A stretch of DNA of 64,000 nucleotides from contig NW_027192205.1 in NCBI RefSeq assembly GCF_041956535.1, positions 600,870 to 664,869 of the forward strand, written 5' to 3'. A model generated the notes under the pieces. It had not been told where the DNA came from. It was given only the letters and a program-made list of their open reading frames with translations, and made no database searches. Each line of letters opens with the position of its first letter. The stretch's first letter is position 1. Source of the DNA: Calcarisporiella thermophila CBS 279.70 (lineage: Eukaryota; Fungi; Calcarisporiellomycota). Positions 26,382 through 38,937 of this stretch are shown one piece after another. The position numbers and the translations under genes are program-made.

Positions 26382-28856
26382 AAACATATGTGTATGTTTA
26401 TCAAGTTTATCAAGTTGACTCTAATTTAATATGGAATTGGTTAATAAAGTATGATCGAATCCTGTTTCTGCTGAGAATCAATCAATCCCGGCGTCTAGCA
26501 CCGCCGACCTAAGCGGTATTTGTGCGGCCGCGAAGGGTTGCGGGAAAGCGGGGGGGGGGGGAGTGGCTCGCCGGCCCGCTCCAGAACACCCTCTCCTCCC
26601 GAGGGGAGCCAAGAGAGGGCCGCGATGCGGGGCTCGGTCGGATGGCCAATCCCGCGGTTTAAGGTTTGCGGGAAACTCGGGGGCAAAGTTTGGCCCGATT
26701 ACCTCGATCAGGAACGGCTGCATAACAAAGGGTGGCTTCTTTGTTGATAGCCCCAAGGCCCTTGGCCCATTGGAAAAGGTTTAGCCAAGGGGACGACTTG
26801 TTATTTGTTATTTGTTCGCTGCATCCTCGCGGCTGCGCGGTTTGTTGATGGAGGTTTGTTTGGGCTGTGGCCGGTGGGCCGTGGCAGAGGCCTGTAGGCT
26901 TGGGGGCTATAAATGGCGATGGTGCAAAAAATTTTTCTTTGCCTCGCGCTTGTTTCTCCTTTTGGCTCCCTGCCCTATTTAACTCCTCCCCCCCACTTAC
27001 CCCGCACTTGTGAAGCTCGACTCGCCTCATCCCGCCACGCTCTTCATTGCCTGCTCGCCATGACAAAGGACCCCTATCCCCTCCCCAACATCCCGCTTCC
27101 TCCGAAGCCGCATCCTCCCTCGCAATGACGGGCCATGCTCAGCATCTCCATCTCGCTCTCCATGCCATGTGTTCCCCCGGTTTCTTGTCAGTCACGCTTT
27201 TCCATGACTCTTCTCCTTGCAAAAGGAATCACTATTGGATGAAGTGTTCTCTTTTGTACATTTAATCTACTCAACCCCTCTTTCCGTTGGGCTTAATTTC
27301 TCTTGGGCATTGTCGTCTTATGGACTCTTTTTCTTTGTGTTTAGCTATCTATTCTTGTCATTCCTGTGTGGATTTTGTTTTCACTTTAGCTCATTTTGCA
27401 ATATTAGATTTTGCCTTCTCCTCTATGTTCGCCTCCTCTGGTTGAGGGAGTCTGCTGCTTGACACGAAAGACTCGGGCTTCATGTTGATAAACTTGCATC
27501 GAAAATTGAAACCGTTCGTGGGGGACGGGTGTGAGAATTAAAAGCATAAGTGGAAGCTTCCTCCCCCCTTCCAGGCGTGCTTACGGGAGGCCTCTGAAAC
27601 TGAAGCTGAAGGATAGCCCCGGCCGACCTGGGCAAAGTGCAGCCGCACTGTCCAAGACAATTTAGCATGCCACGGCTTTTTCAGCGAGAGCAGAGAAGGT
27701 GATAATCTAATCAGCTAAGAGGTTTCTCCCTGATTTGAACTCAGTAGAAGACCGTCGCTGAGAACCGGTGCATCTCAAGCAAAGGCCCAGGAAGCCTTGA
27801 ACAATAATAGATTTGCCACAAGAACACTCTTGTTTGTAGCCCCTGAAGATCGGGGCAAAAGATGGACGTCTGCATGGCCCGGGGGGTGCGCAGATTTTCG
27901 TCCCCTTTAGCCGGCACAATTAAGGCAGAGGAGCATCCGCGGATGAGCAGGGTACCGCGATGGTCCTCCGCAGAGAGGTCTAATGACGCAATCAAAACAA
28001 ACCAGTCAGCAGCAGGATTTGGTTTGTGAGTACGGCCGGTTGGGCGGGCCGAGAGGGTTGGAGAGAGGGGAGGCTTTGGCCAAGCTTCACCCTACTTACG
28101 TTTCCATGCTTAGTATCGAAGCTAAACTGGGTTAGATGCAAACCACCCAGCCTCGGGCGGGCAAAGAAAGCAACGCTAGACAATAATGGGAGAACGACTG
28201 GATTCAAAAGCTAGGGCGAAATTACAACCTCAATTTCAAAACCCAGAGGATATCGCGCTTGAAAATGAGCTTGCTGGCTTAGTTGATTCACCTCGTTTTA
28301 ATCGTGCTGAGGGGATAGGGCACCGGGCAGAAGGAGTGTGGACATATGAAGGGGGAGTTAGATATGGGCCTAGTTTTTTATGGGTTCTAGTCGTTTTCCA
28401 CTCTTTGCCAAGGCAAGCAAGCTGGACCTTTTCGTGGGGGAGGTGCAGAGATCTCAAACCTCTCTTGCTTATGCAACAACCTCTCTAAGCAGGGGCTAGG
28501 ATGGACAATAGGTAAGCAGGATAGGAACAGAACAACAGATACTCTCAATGGCTCATTTTGTTAAGATTCGGTTAATACTCATCTCTATCTGACATTTTCC
28601 TCGCATTTGGCACCTTTTGTTAATTGCATTAAGTCTCCCATTGGCTGCCCAAATATAATGGCGGTGATTTGCCCAATTTTCATTCTTCGTTACGCGACGC
28701 GTTTTTTTTTCCTAAGCGGTTTATTTCATCAAGTAGTAATAATAAGGGAGATTGATCCCGTGCCATCTCGATTAATCAACGGCTACTTCTTTCTTTCCAG
28801 TCCATTCTCCGAGTGTCCTCACATAGCGCCCATGTTTTCACGGGAACATAGGCGCG

Positions 28857-30821
28857 ATGAACTCGGCAGGCTCAAAATCCGGAAAACCTTCCCCCCTCAT
28901 AGCTCCAAACCCAATCCCCCACGTTGCTTCGTCTATGACCTCCGATTCCAATGTCACTCCATCCAAAGATTCCACCCCCTATGATGAACTCAAACGACAA
29001 GCGCTTGAAGTGTATCGTGCTAAAGACTATGCCCAAGCCGAGCTCCTCTTTACCCAGCTGCTTGCCCGCATTCCTAAAACAAAATCATCCCACGCCGGCG
29101 ACCGATTCGTCATCCTCGATGCCCGTGCGGCAACGCGCATTGGCCTCGGCCATTTCCAGGCGGCATTCCGCGATGCCAAGCACATGATCGAGTTGTACCC
29201 CGAGGAGGCAAGAGGATACCTTCGGGCCTCAAAGATATGCATGCGCCTGGAAAAGCACGGGAAGGCTTTGCACATTCTCCAGGTTGCGCTTCAGAAAAAA
29301 TGCAAAGACAGCACCCGAATAGAGGAAGCTATCCGGGCCATCCGATGGGAGATGAGCCGACCTCAACGCCGCGACCCCATCCTCACCTTGCCGACCGAGA
29401 TTTTGTACGAAATATTCGAGCGGGTGGATTTCCGCACACGCGTGGTGAGCACTGGCGTCTCCCACCGCTGGCGAAACTTTCTCCTCGGGGCACGTACTCT
29501 TTGGCGAGAAATGGATTTTTCCTCAAGAAAACGGGCCCCTGGTGTGTTCGACGCGACCGCGGCCCACAAATGGGTGAGTCGTGCGCCTCCTACACTGGAA
29601 GCTCTCAATCTAGGAGCCATTTCAAAGCTTGCCAGGAAGGGGAAGAGGGGAATCGAAACGTGGGGTGGAAGGTGGCCTCATCTGCGCAAATTTGCTCTAA
29701 AAAATAATCGCGATGTCGAGGCCGCCCTATTGCAAAGATTTTTGCAAGGGGCTCTGCAACTGGAGGAGCTGGATTTGGCAGGGTCATGCGTCAACGATTC
29801 TGTAGTGCACGCAGCGCTGTCCAGCTGCCTTAGGCTAAGGGTGTTTAATCTGGCCGACACAAAAATAACCGCTGCCGGCTTCGTTCCAGCCAAGATGGCA
29901 GGGACTCTGCAGGAACCGGCTGAGCCGACCGGCCCCTCCTCGGTAGGAGCGTCGGAGGAAGCTTCCATGAGCGCTGGGATCGACCCCAGCTCGAACCACC
30001 CTCCACACCCAAACCTAAACTCCCTCTACCTAGATCGCTGCCCTTTTGTTGACAACCTCCTCCTCAACCGCGTCTCGGGTCATGCTGGGCTCCGGGTGCT
30101 TTCCCTACGAGAATGCAATGCCTTCACTATGGCGGGACTGGTCTGCGTGGTGGAGCGCCTCACCAATCTCGAGGAGCTGTATTTCTCGGGCCTGCACCTT
30201 AATACCCCTTCGGCAGATTTAACCAATACCGACTGGTGTTTGCCCAGGCTACGGGTGCTTGAGATTTCCGATTGGACTCGCCTTGCGGACGAAGAGGTTT
30301 TCCACATGGTGCAAGGAAGCCGGTGGTTAGAGGTGCTGCGTCTTCCTGGCTGCAGCAGTCTGACGAGTAGCTCGATCTGGAGTCAGAACACCTCGGGCCC
30401 CACTATCGCAACGCTAAAACGACTGCGTGAGCTCAACCTGATGGGGTGCTCGAGGGTGAGCTCGCTGAGCCTGTGTAAATTTTTGGAGCACGCGGGGGAG
30501 CAGCTGGAGGTGCTTGTGTGCGGGGGGAACTTGAACGTGGAGAGCGAGGTGCTGGCGGCGGCGGCCAAGGGGTGCCCTCGGTTGGTTGAACTAGACGTGA
30601 GCCACACGGCCGTCACCAGCGTTGGGTTAAAGTGGCTGCTGCAACCCAAGGACGCCGCGGGTGCCCCAATGCTGAAGCGCCTCAATTTGAATGGCTGCAC
30701 GAGCGTGAGCCCCGAGGCGGTACAGTGGGCGCGGGAGGAAATCTTCAAGCGGACGAGGGGCACTGTGAGCTGTTTGTTCGAGGAGGACAAGAGACGACGG
30801 CGGCGGCTGCCAGCCTATTAA
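28857..30821 (+). CDS. TPR / F-box / LRR protein (Dia2/Pof3-like SCF receptor), intronless
   Basis: TPRs (ILDARAAT..AFRDAKHMIELYP..RGYLRASK), F-box DPILTLPTEILYEIFERV..VSHRWR, followed by cysteine-containing LRRs. Confidence 0.9.
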   Translation: MNSAGSKSGKPSPLIAPNPIPHVASSMTSDSNVTPSKDSTPYDELKRQALEVYRAKDYAQAELLFTQLLARIPKTKSSHAGDRFVILDARAATRIGLGHFQAAFRDAKHMIELYPEEARGYLRASKICMRLEKHGKALHILQVALQKKCKDSTRIEEAIRAIRWEMSRPQRRDPILTLPTEILYEIFERVDFRTRVVSTGVSHRWRNFLLGARTLWREMDFSSRKRAPGVFDATAAHKWVSRAPPTLEALNLGAISKLARKGKRGIETWGGRWPHLRKFALKNNRDVEAALLQRFLQGALQLEELDLAGSCVNDSVVHAALSSCLRLRVFNLADTKITAAGFVPAKMAGTLQEPAEPTGPSSVGASEEASMSAGIDPSSNHPPHPNLNSLYLDRCPFVDNLLLNRVSGHAGLRVLSLRECNAFTMAGLVCVVERLTNLEELYFSGLHLNTPSADLTNTDWCLPRLRVLEISDWTRLADEEVFHMVQGSRWLEVLRLPGCSSLTSSSIWSQNTSGPTIATLKRLRELNLMGCSRVSSLSLCKFLEHAGEQLEVLVCGGNLNVESEVLAAAAKGCPRLVELDVSHTAVTSVGLKWLLQPKDAAGAPMLKRLNLNGCTSVSPEAVQWAREEIFKRTRGTVSCLFEEDKRRRRRLPAY

Positions 30822-31137
30822 GGAGGACGGAGTTTGGCAAGAAGAATCCTTTTCTAATATCTATTGGAATCATCTAGATATACAGGCAACCGCCAGGAAG
30901 AGTATAAAAAGACAAACAAGATGGAATATAGTCAAATAAATATCATCGACCTCTTCTCCTCCCCTTTTCTCCATCTTCTCCTCCCCACCTTCAACCCATC
31001 GTGGATCTAAAAGAAGAGTGAAACAGATATTGGATAGGCGTACATATCAGTGAATAAATTCTATACAAGGATGGATATATATATATGTGCGTGTTTGCAT
31101 GTGTGTATAGAGCGCTGGGCACCCTCCCCTTGCCCAT

Positions 31138-32840
31138 TCATTCATCTGCCCGCGTCGGCAACCCGCGTGGCCTCAATTGTTTCAACCTGTCTCGGGCGGC
31201 CTCTACCTCCTCCGCCCAGTCCAAGCAGAGCACCCTCACCAACAAGATCCCGGCATTCGCCACGGATGAGATGGCCAGCCCGATCCAGAGGCCGCTCAAC
31301 CCCAGCTTGAACGCGAGGTGGAGTACGATCGGAATCAACCCGTAGTAGGTCATGAGGTTCGTTTGGGCTACAAAGGACTGGCGGCCACAGGCATAGAGCA
31401 CGGAGCGGCACACCACGGCGAGCGTCAGACCCATGTGCACCACCGCCACCAGCGGGACCACCTGTCCCACGTACTCGTTCACGACCTTGTCGGCCCCGAT
31501 CCAGCGGGCAAGCCCTAGCTTTCCCAGGAGGACGAGGAAAACGCCCCCTCCGGCGGCCATGAGGCCCGCCCCCGCCACGGCCCAATGCGCCACCTGCTGT
31601 GCTTTTTCCGGCTGCGCAAGTCCCAGGTAGTTGCCCACGCGAACCGTGGCGGCGGTGCCAATCGAGAAGGACAAGGGGAAGAGGAGCGCGATGCCGGACA
31701 CAAGCATGGACTGGGCGGCAAGGTTCCCCCGCCCGAGCCCCCCGGCAATGAGCATGGCGAGCTCGAGATGCCACTCCATGGTTTCCGCCACGATCCCCGC
31801 CATCCCCAGCTTCAGGAAAGGCCAGAGCCCCTTCCAGCCCAGACCCTCTCCAGCAAGGGCCGGTCCGCCCCGCTCCCACAGGCCGTGTGTAAACACGTAG
31901 GCTGCACTTCCCACCGCCAGGGCCCAGTATGTGGATGCGAGTGCGATCCCCGACCCTACCAGCCCCAGTCGTGCCCATCGCACCCATATGAAGTTTGAGA
32001 GAACACTCACCGGGATTGCCGCTATCAGGACAAGGGCAACTCCCCGCATATGCCCCCTCACTTGCATGTATTTTCTTAAACACACATATGCAAAATTGGC
32101 CCACAATCCAAACCACACAGTCCAAACATAGTCTCCCACGAGCTTTGCGATCGGGCCCCCTAATCCCAGCCGAAGCAGAATTCGCCCCGAGAAGAAGAAC
32201 AAGATAGTGGCCGGCAGGAAAATCAAGAGCGTCACAAGCACGAGCGTGCGCTGGAGGAGCAAGGGTAGGAGAGAGGGTATGGTGAGAGACTGGACGCAGT
32301 AAGTGTCAAGGGAGGTGGAGAGGCCCCAGCCGATGGCAAAGGCAGTGAACATCATGTAAATGCTTCCAATAGATGCGGCGTACAATTCTAGTTACCCGAA
32401 AATTAAAAGAATAATGCCAATGGCAATGATACAAAAATAGGGTAAAACTGGGTCAGCACTACTGATATAGACACCTTTTCGAAGCAACGGTACACTACCA
32501 GAAGGGCCCAAGCTTCCTAATGTACCAGCAGCGAAACAAAAAAAAAAAAGATTAATCAGTAGCCCACACTAATCCAATGATAAGGGTACTAACGCAGAAA
32601 GTAAACGTCCACAAGCCGTAGCACGATCTGGACGCTATACCCCAGAATCAACGGCAAGCACCACTCCACCAGCACGCGTGCCTCCGAGTCCAATTTGGCT
32701 AGACGAGCCATCCTATCCAACCAACTTTCATGCCCCACCTGAAATCGCTCGCATTCCGAGGCTTGTAGGAGAGGGGTTTGTTCGCCGAGTGCGGGAGAGG
32801 GGGAAGGAGACGCTGGCCGCATTCCATGTCGGCGAAGCAT
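31138..32840 (-). CDS. MATE family efflux transporter
   Basis: EQTPLL; SLGPSELYAASIG..GLSTSLDTYCVQS; LAAQS..SIGTAATVRVGNYLG; GLSGLWIG. Exons 32594-32840, an 18-nt micro-exon at 32499-32516, and 31138 to ~32387. Confidence 0.9.
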
Positions 32841-33134
32841 CTTTGCGGTGATGGGGAGTAGAGAGTTGGTGCGCTTGAGTTGGAGGTCGACTTTGTGGAG
32901 CTAGATGCGATCAAAGGAGAATCGGTCTCATGACTGCTTTTCAACACGAACCTTGCAAAATGCTAATTTGGGTTCGAACCAATTTTAATATAACCATGCC
33001 ACCCATATTTATTACTCTGCCTAAGCTCACAGACACCCCTTCTCCTTTCCTCTTTTCTATTTCAACATTCAACCTGGTCCGGGGGTGATCTCGGTATTTA
33101 ATCACTTGTTTTGTCATATATTAGGCTCAACTCC

Positions 33135-33404
33135 ATGGAATTCTCCCTCCTCACATCCATCCTCCTTGCTCTCCTCGTCCTCGTCTCCCTGGCCGAGGTT
33201 CGAGCCAGCCCCATGCCCCCCACCGACACCTTTGACTTCTTTCTCGACCTGAACAGCAGGGGCAAGCTCGCATTGTTGCGGCGCGTGCTCGAAAACGAGG
33301 AATTCTACAATCTCTCGCCCAGCGAGCTGCAGGCCCTGAAGGAGGACGTGTACACGCGACTCGAGGAGCGCAATGACATTATGGCAGAGATTTTGGCCGA
33401 GTAG
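33135..33404 (+). CDS. Small secreted protein (89 aa), unknown family
   Basis: Signal peptide MEFSLLTSILLALLVLVSLAEVRA-SPMP; high GC3 codon usage; acidic, helical-looking mature part without Cys. Confidence 0.75.
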   Translation: MEFSLLTSILLALLVLVSLAEVRASPMPPTDTFDFFLDLNSRGKLALLRRVLENEEFYNLSPSELQALKEDVYTRLEERNDIMAEILAE

Positions 33405-33665
33405 ATAGGTCGGGTGGCGTCCACTCTGGTGCCCGAGGGAGCTGTTACTCAATGGCTTAATTACATGCAGAAGTAGATGGGTGGATGGCGATGGCGATGG
33501 CGACTAGGCTGCTCTTTGGCTCTGTTGTGATTTTTCATTGTACAGAATGGGGGAGATGGAAGACAAACATAGATAGTATATAGAAAAGCTATTTTTTTTC
33601 TCGTGTTCCTCAAATTTTTCCATGAATTAGAATAAAACTAGCATATAAGGAAGGAAAAGGGGGAT

Positions 33666-35850
33666 CTACTGTTTTAAGAACACCTCCAAATTGAATTCCA
33701 AAGCAGATACCGCATAACCAATCTCGAACTTCTGCAACACCTCGGGATGTATTGTCCCGAAGCTGCCCACCTTGACCACCGACCTCTCGACCGGACCATT
33801 GACCTCCCCCATGGCCTTGGCCACCCGCCGGTACAGCACGTCCGCACTCCGGCCCGGGAAATACGTCGGGTTGGCCGACTCCTCGATCCAGTACCCGCTC
33901 TCGTCGCCGTGCTTGTCAACCAGCTTCACCCCCATCTGGCTCATGATTCGATTCAGGAGGCCATGCGTGATCTCAAACCCGGAGGTCTTGCCCGCGTAGG
34001 CCGCGCACACCCGCCGTTCGTTACGGGTAAGGCGATCTTGCGTGGCGTCCTTGAAGGCCACCTCCGACACCTCGAACACCTTGATGGGGAGCGGGTATTT
34101 CTTGTTGTGCGAGATGGTCTTCAGCACACCCGGCAGAAGGGTGGTGCGCACCACCTGATATTCAATCGTCTTGGGATTCGCGAGCTTGATGGCCTCATCC
34201 CCCTTGTCCTCGCGGTTAAGGAAGGCGAAGTTCTCGTCATGTGAGCACAGGATCAGAGGCATGACCTCGTAAAAGCCCGCGAGGGCAAGCTCCATCCGGA
34301 CCCGGTCGGCAAGCTTGTTCACGGGAAGTGAACTGCCAAACGTGTTCACGGAGGGGAACTTGCGCGGCAGATTGTTGTAGCCATAGGCAATGGCCGCATC
34401 CTCCATCAGATCACATGCGTGGAGAATATCGCTGCGCGTCGGGGGGACCTTGACGACAATCTCGTCCTCCTGTGCAGTGGCGTCCAGCGACATGCGGTTG
34501 AGCAGCGATGCAATATCTGACGCGGAGAGGCCAAGACCCGTGCACGAATTGATGTATTCTGTGCTGACCTTGGTGTCTCGGGGGGTCAAGTCGGGCGTCA
34601 CCATCGTGGTTCCGTCAGGGTAGACCACCTCCACCGGCTCCACGGTGAACGGCTTCTTGCAGTATTGCGAGAACATGGTCACAAGGGTGTTCACCACGAT
34701 GTTTGCCTTTGTCAAGTCGGTGGCTGTCACCTCGATGAACACGTTCTTGGTTTGCAGGGTGATTTTGGAGTGGTCGCTATTGATGATAGGTGGAAGTGAG
34801 AGTACGGTGCGTTTCGAGTCGTAGATGATCGGGTAGACGGGCGAATCTCGGATGATGTGTAGGAACTTTCCGAGGTGTTTATCGGCCTACGATCCCAAGC
34901 GAGCGATAAGCATCAAAGGAGTGTTAAACAAGTAGAAAATGGGGGAGGAGGAGGAGGGTATAGGTGATTCGCCTCACCTCATAGAACTGCATTAATGCCT
35001 CGCCATCCATTGACTTTGATTGATTTAGCGGGATAAAGTTAATCTCTTTAGGGGGAAGTGCCTCGTATGTGAAGGGGCCTTGGATAGTATCAAGATCGTG
35101 AGTGCCCATCGAGGCCAACGTTCGCTTACTATAGTGAAAAATCCATAAAAAGATTAGACCCAGTTATCCTAAGGAAGCAATAACCCAAAAATCCGAACCG
35201 GCAGATGTTCATGTGCAATTTGTCTTGAAGTGCAATAAAGTTATCATAGTTCATTTCGTCAAAGGTTATATCACGTAGAATAGCGGCCACAACGAAGGGT
35301 CGAATTTGCTTTGTCTATACGTGTTAAACGGGTTAGATTTTGAAAAAAAAAAAACCGGGAAAAGAAGGCAGAGCAAGAAAATGTATACCTCTGGTTTGAC
35401 GATGAGTTTTTGGAGAACATTGTTCGGAGGACGGACAGTGGTATATTTTGGCGCGGCGCCATTCTTCTGGAAAATATTAAGAGCACGTGCAATACCCTCA
35501 GGACATAACAGATCATAGCGATTTGCTGGAATGTCGATCTTAAGTGTGGGTCGACCAGGAAGGGGTTTGCCGGATTCATCCAAAAGTTCTGAAGACTAGA
35601 AATCGGAAGAAATGCGAGAAATTAAGTTAGGGGCTGTAGCAGATTGTATGGCAGCAAGAAAAAGGGGGGCTCCCGTACATCTTCCTCCAGCTCAATACCG
35701 AACTCGAAGCATAAATCACGGAACTCGTCGGTCGCTAATCATACAAAGAGATGAAGATTGCGCAAGTCAACAAAGGGCACCAAGGGGCTTACTGTATTCG
35801 CGGCCCAATGATTTATAGAGTTCTTCCTTATCAACAGTGACGGTCGGCAT
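33666..35850 (-). CDS. FRS1: Cytosolic phenylalanyl-tRNA synthetase beta subunit
   Basis: MPTVTVDK start; [16 protein letters not shown]; SMGTHDLDT; [25 protein letters not shown]; [17 protein letters not shown]. Several 5' introns. Confidence 0.96.
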
Positions 35851-36065
35851 GATGGAGGCGGGTCTATGTCTAAATCTATAGGGTAGCTTTGAAACGCGAT
35901 GCAGTAGCTTGAAATTTTATCCCCATTCACTCATTTTTTGTTGGTGTTGATACAGGAGCCAAGCCACCCGCAGCACCTCTATGCTCGTCGAAATTTACGA
36001 ATGACAGCCAATACTGTCAAAGTGAGAACGTTTCGAATGAAAGAGCATGATTGGTCGGATTAATT

Positions 36066-36072
36066 TGAGTCA
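36066..36072. promoter_or_regulatory. Gcn4/CpcA-type TGASTCA site in the FRS1-leuA divergent promoter
   Basis: Perfect TGAGTCA, about 180 bp before the leuA ATG and about 215 bp before the FRS1 ATG. Confidence 0.5.
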
Positions 36073-36254
36073 TAAGAATTTGTATTTATTTCGCTCGGAG
36101 AAGGGATCAGAGATAAAAGACAAACGGGCTTTTTGGTCTCCACTTTTTTTATCACACTGTCTTTGTCGCATATAAACCCTCCTCCTCTTTTTCTGTTGTC
36201 ATATAGTCTTATTATAGCTCTCCCCCATTACCTCTCACAAACAACTCCACCAAC

Positions 36255-37704
36255 ATGGTAGTCGAAGCACAGAACAAGAAAAAACTCATTGTATTTGACA
36301 CTTCTCTCCGGGATGGCGAGCAGGTAGGAAACCAGAATGGGCCCAAACTAAATCAAAAATCACAGACTTACCAGAGATTATTGCTCTCATCGAATAGTCG
36401 CCCGGAGTAACCCTCACCACCGAAGAAAAGGTGGAAATTGCAAAACAACTCTCAAAACTAGGAGTCGATGTGTGTGAAGCAGGATTTCCGGTGGCGTCAG
36501 AGGGTGATTTTGATGCAGTCTATCGCATCGCAAAGGAAGCCGGCCATCTCATGGAAGGGCGAGAGCATATAGGAACGCCAATGGTAAAGAAATAGCTTCT
36601 TCGTAGCCTTTTTTTTCGAATGCATAATGGCTTAAGCTTTGCGAAACTCTATTTTTCCAGACTATTGCTGCCCTTGCCCGCGCAACACCCAACGATATTA
36701 AGCGTGCGGCCCAAGCGCTCGAGCCTGCCCCCTCCAAACGCATCCACACGTTCCTAGCCTCCTCCGATATCCATCTTCAATACAAACTTAAGATCTCACG
36801 TGAAGAATGCATTCGCCGTGCAGTAGCCGCGGTCGAGCTTGCTCGCACCTTTGTAGAGGACGTAGAGTTTTCTCCAGAGGATGCGTCGCGGAGCGACCGT
36901 GACTTCTTGTGTCAGCTGCTGGGCGAGGTCATTAAGGCCGGTGCAACCACCCTCAATATTCCCGACACAGTAGGATACAACACGCCTGCAGTATATGGCA
37001 ATCTGATCAAATATCTGCGCGAAAACACTCCTGGGGCTGATAAGGTAGAGTTTAGATAAAAACAACGTTTAGCCGCCTGTCACCAACTCTAATTTATTGC
37101 TTGCTCTTAGGCTATCTGGTCCACTCACTGTCACAATGACCTAGGGCTTGCGACGGCAAATACCCTTGCGGGGATTGAAAACGGGGCCTGCCAGGTAGAG
37201 GTGGCCATCAATGGAATTGGTGAGCGCGCGGGCAATACCGCGCTTGAAGAAGTGGTCATGGCAGTTCACACCCACCCGGGCCATTATCCCGTATATCACA
37301 CAATTAATACGCCCTTTATCTTCGAGACCTCGCAGCTTGTCTCACGTTGCACGCAAATGCATGTGCAATGGAACAAGGCTATTGTCGGGCGCAACGCATT
37401 TTTGCATGAGAGCGGCATTCACCAGGACGGGGTGATTAAGCATAAGCAAACCTACGAGATCATGGATCCGGCCTCAGTAGGGGTGATGGTTCGCTCGACG
37501 CTCGTCCTCGGGAAGCACTCCGGCCGCAATGCATTTAGACAGCACCTTATCGAGCTGGGCTTCAAGGACCTGAAGGAGGAGGAGTTTGAAAGTGCCTTTT
37601 CAACATTTAAGCGCATGTGCGACACAAAAAAGCAAGTCACCGATGCAGACATTCTGAGCATCATTTCCAAACAAGTCCCTGGAAGCTCAGTAATTAGTGT
37701 TTAA
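36255..37704 (+). CDS. leuA: 2-isopropylmalate synthase, bacterial/plant type, lacking the C-terminal regulatory domain
   Basis: [13 protein letters not shown]; EAGFP; [12 protein letters not shown]; EFSPEDASR; LNIPDTVGY; [12 protein letters not shown]; NGIGERAGN; HESGIHQDG; LGKHSGR; ends shortly after VTDADI. Three introns (~36324-36397, ~36584-36660, ~37045-37111). Confidence 0.95.
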
Positions 37705-37712
37705 ATTATTGA

Positions 37713-37747
37713 CCTCTCTTCCTCTCTTCCTCTCTTCCTCTCTTCCT
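37713..37747. repeat. (CCTCTCTT)n pyrimidine tandem repeat
   Basis: About four tandem units just after the leuA stop codon. Confidence 0.7.
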
Positions 37748-38472
37748 ACCCTCCCCTCCCCTCTTCCAGCCTTTTTCTCGAATCTTTGTTTGTACTGTTA
37801 AGTCCATGTGTTTTGATTTACAAAAACAAAAACAATCAAATAATAATCTTGTCCATTTGCTGTTTCTTTAACCGACTTGGAAAGTTGATGTCATGCCTGT
37901 ATTAAAAGGGAAAATTAGGTGCACCTAGATATAGAGGCGATTGCTTGGAATAAGTCGTGCAAATAAGCATTACAGGTAGATTATTAGCGTTTCATCACAG
38001 ACTAAATAAAAAATAGCTTGGGCAATGCACCCAACTTGTCATCAATAGGATCTTGTTTAGGAAAAATAAGAGATTATATTAGTGTCTTTTTGGATAATAG
38101 ACCGAACGCAACAATTTGGAATATAGAGTCCCAGTAGTAACTGATATAAATAAATATTATCCAAAACATCCCAACTTCAACACAGTTGTACCAAATTTCT
38201 TACGCTTACCACTTTTTCTTATCCTGGATTCTATGGTTTATCATCCCTTTCATTTGATGTATTAATGCAATTTATAAATATGAAAAATTAGTATTCCTTT
38301 TAATAGGTAGATATATTCTTTATTTAATCACTTTATTATATCCTTTATTGATATTACACTCTCTCCTTCTGCACGTATTTCTTCCTAGTGCATTCTTCAA
38401 ATATTTCCGCCTCCTGTCTTCCACTCTTGTTACTACCTAAAAGCTATCTTGTCACTACATGGTTTCCGTTAA

Positions 38473-38862
38473 TTTTTATCTTTTTTTTTATCTTTTTTTT
38501 CTACATTTTTTTTAACAAAGGACTTTTATTGAAAAGTGTCCTATCCTGTTAAAAAGGTAGGGTAGCTTCTACGTCAAAATCACCCAGGTAATGCTCCTGG
38601 CCTTCCTTGCAGAATTTGGAGAATAGACGGAAAAAAGGAAGGAAGAAAAGGATTTAAGTGTAAGAGGAAGAGAGAAAAGGTGATGAGGAAAGAGCTAGGA
38701 AAGTATGGAAACAGCAATTAGCTTAATAAAGAAGGGGATAGGAATAACTGTAAGAGGGGGGGGATAAAGGTTGTGTGCAATGGTATTAAGATAGGCTACT
38801 TATGTACATGAAATAACGAAAAGAACTTTTTTCTACAGGTTATTGAGGTGTTTCTTTCTAAG
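38473..38862 (-). mobile_element. Non-LTR element 3' fragment, copy 3 (3' UTR plus A-rich tail), downstream of tRNA-iMet
   Basis: Minus strand reads GCCAGGAGCATTACCTGGGTGATTTTGACGTAGAAGCTACCCTACCTTTTTAACAGGATAGGACACTTTTCAATAAAAGTCCCTTTGTT(A)8, then a decayed A-rich tail. Similar to 39731-39770, 58905-58972 and 59225-59305. The 5' boundary is approximate. Confidence 0.7.
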
Positions 38863-38937
38863 ATCCCGCTCAAAAAGAAGAAAAAAGGATGGATCTGCCA
38901 TTATAATTATAAAGAACTAGGGTGATGTGAAAATTTT

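Noticed and set aside
26400-28600. Short ORFs in the 2-kb gap between the BTB and F-box genes
   Set aside because: No homology or codon signal that I can support; an unrecognised small gene or lncRNA cannot be excluded.
31138-37704. MATE + small secreted protein + PheRS + leuA as a biosynthetic or self-resistance cluster
   Set aside because: No scaffold or tailoring enzymes; FRS1 and leuA look like ordinary housekeeping copies.
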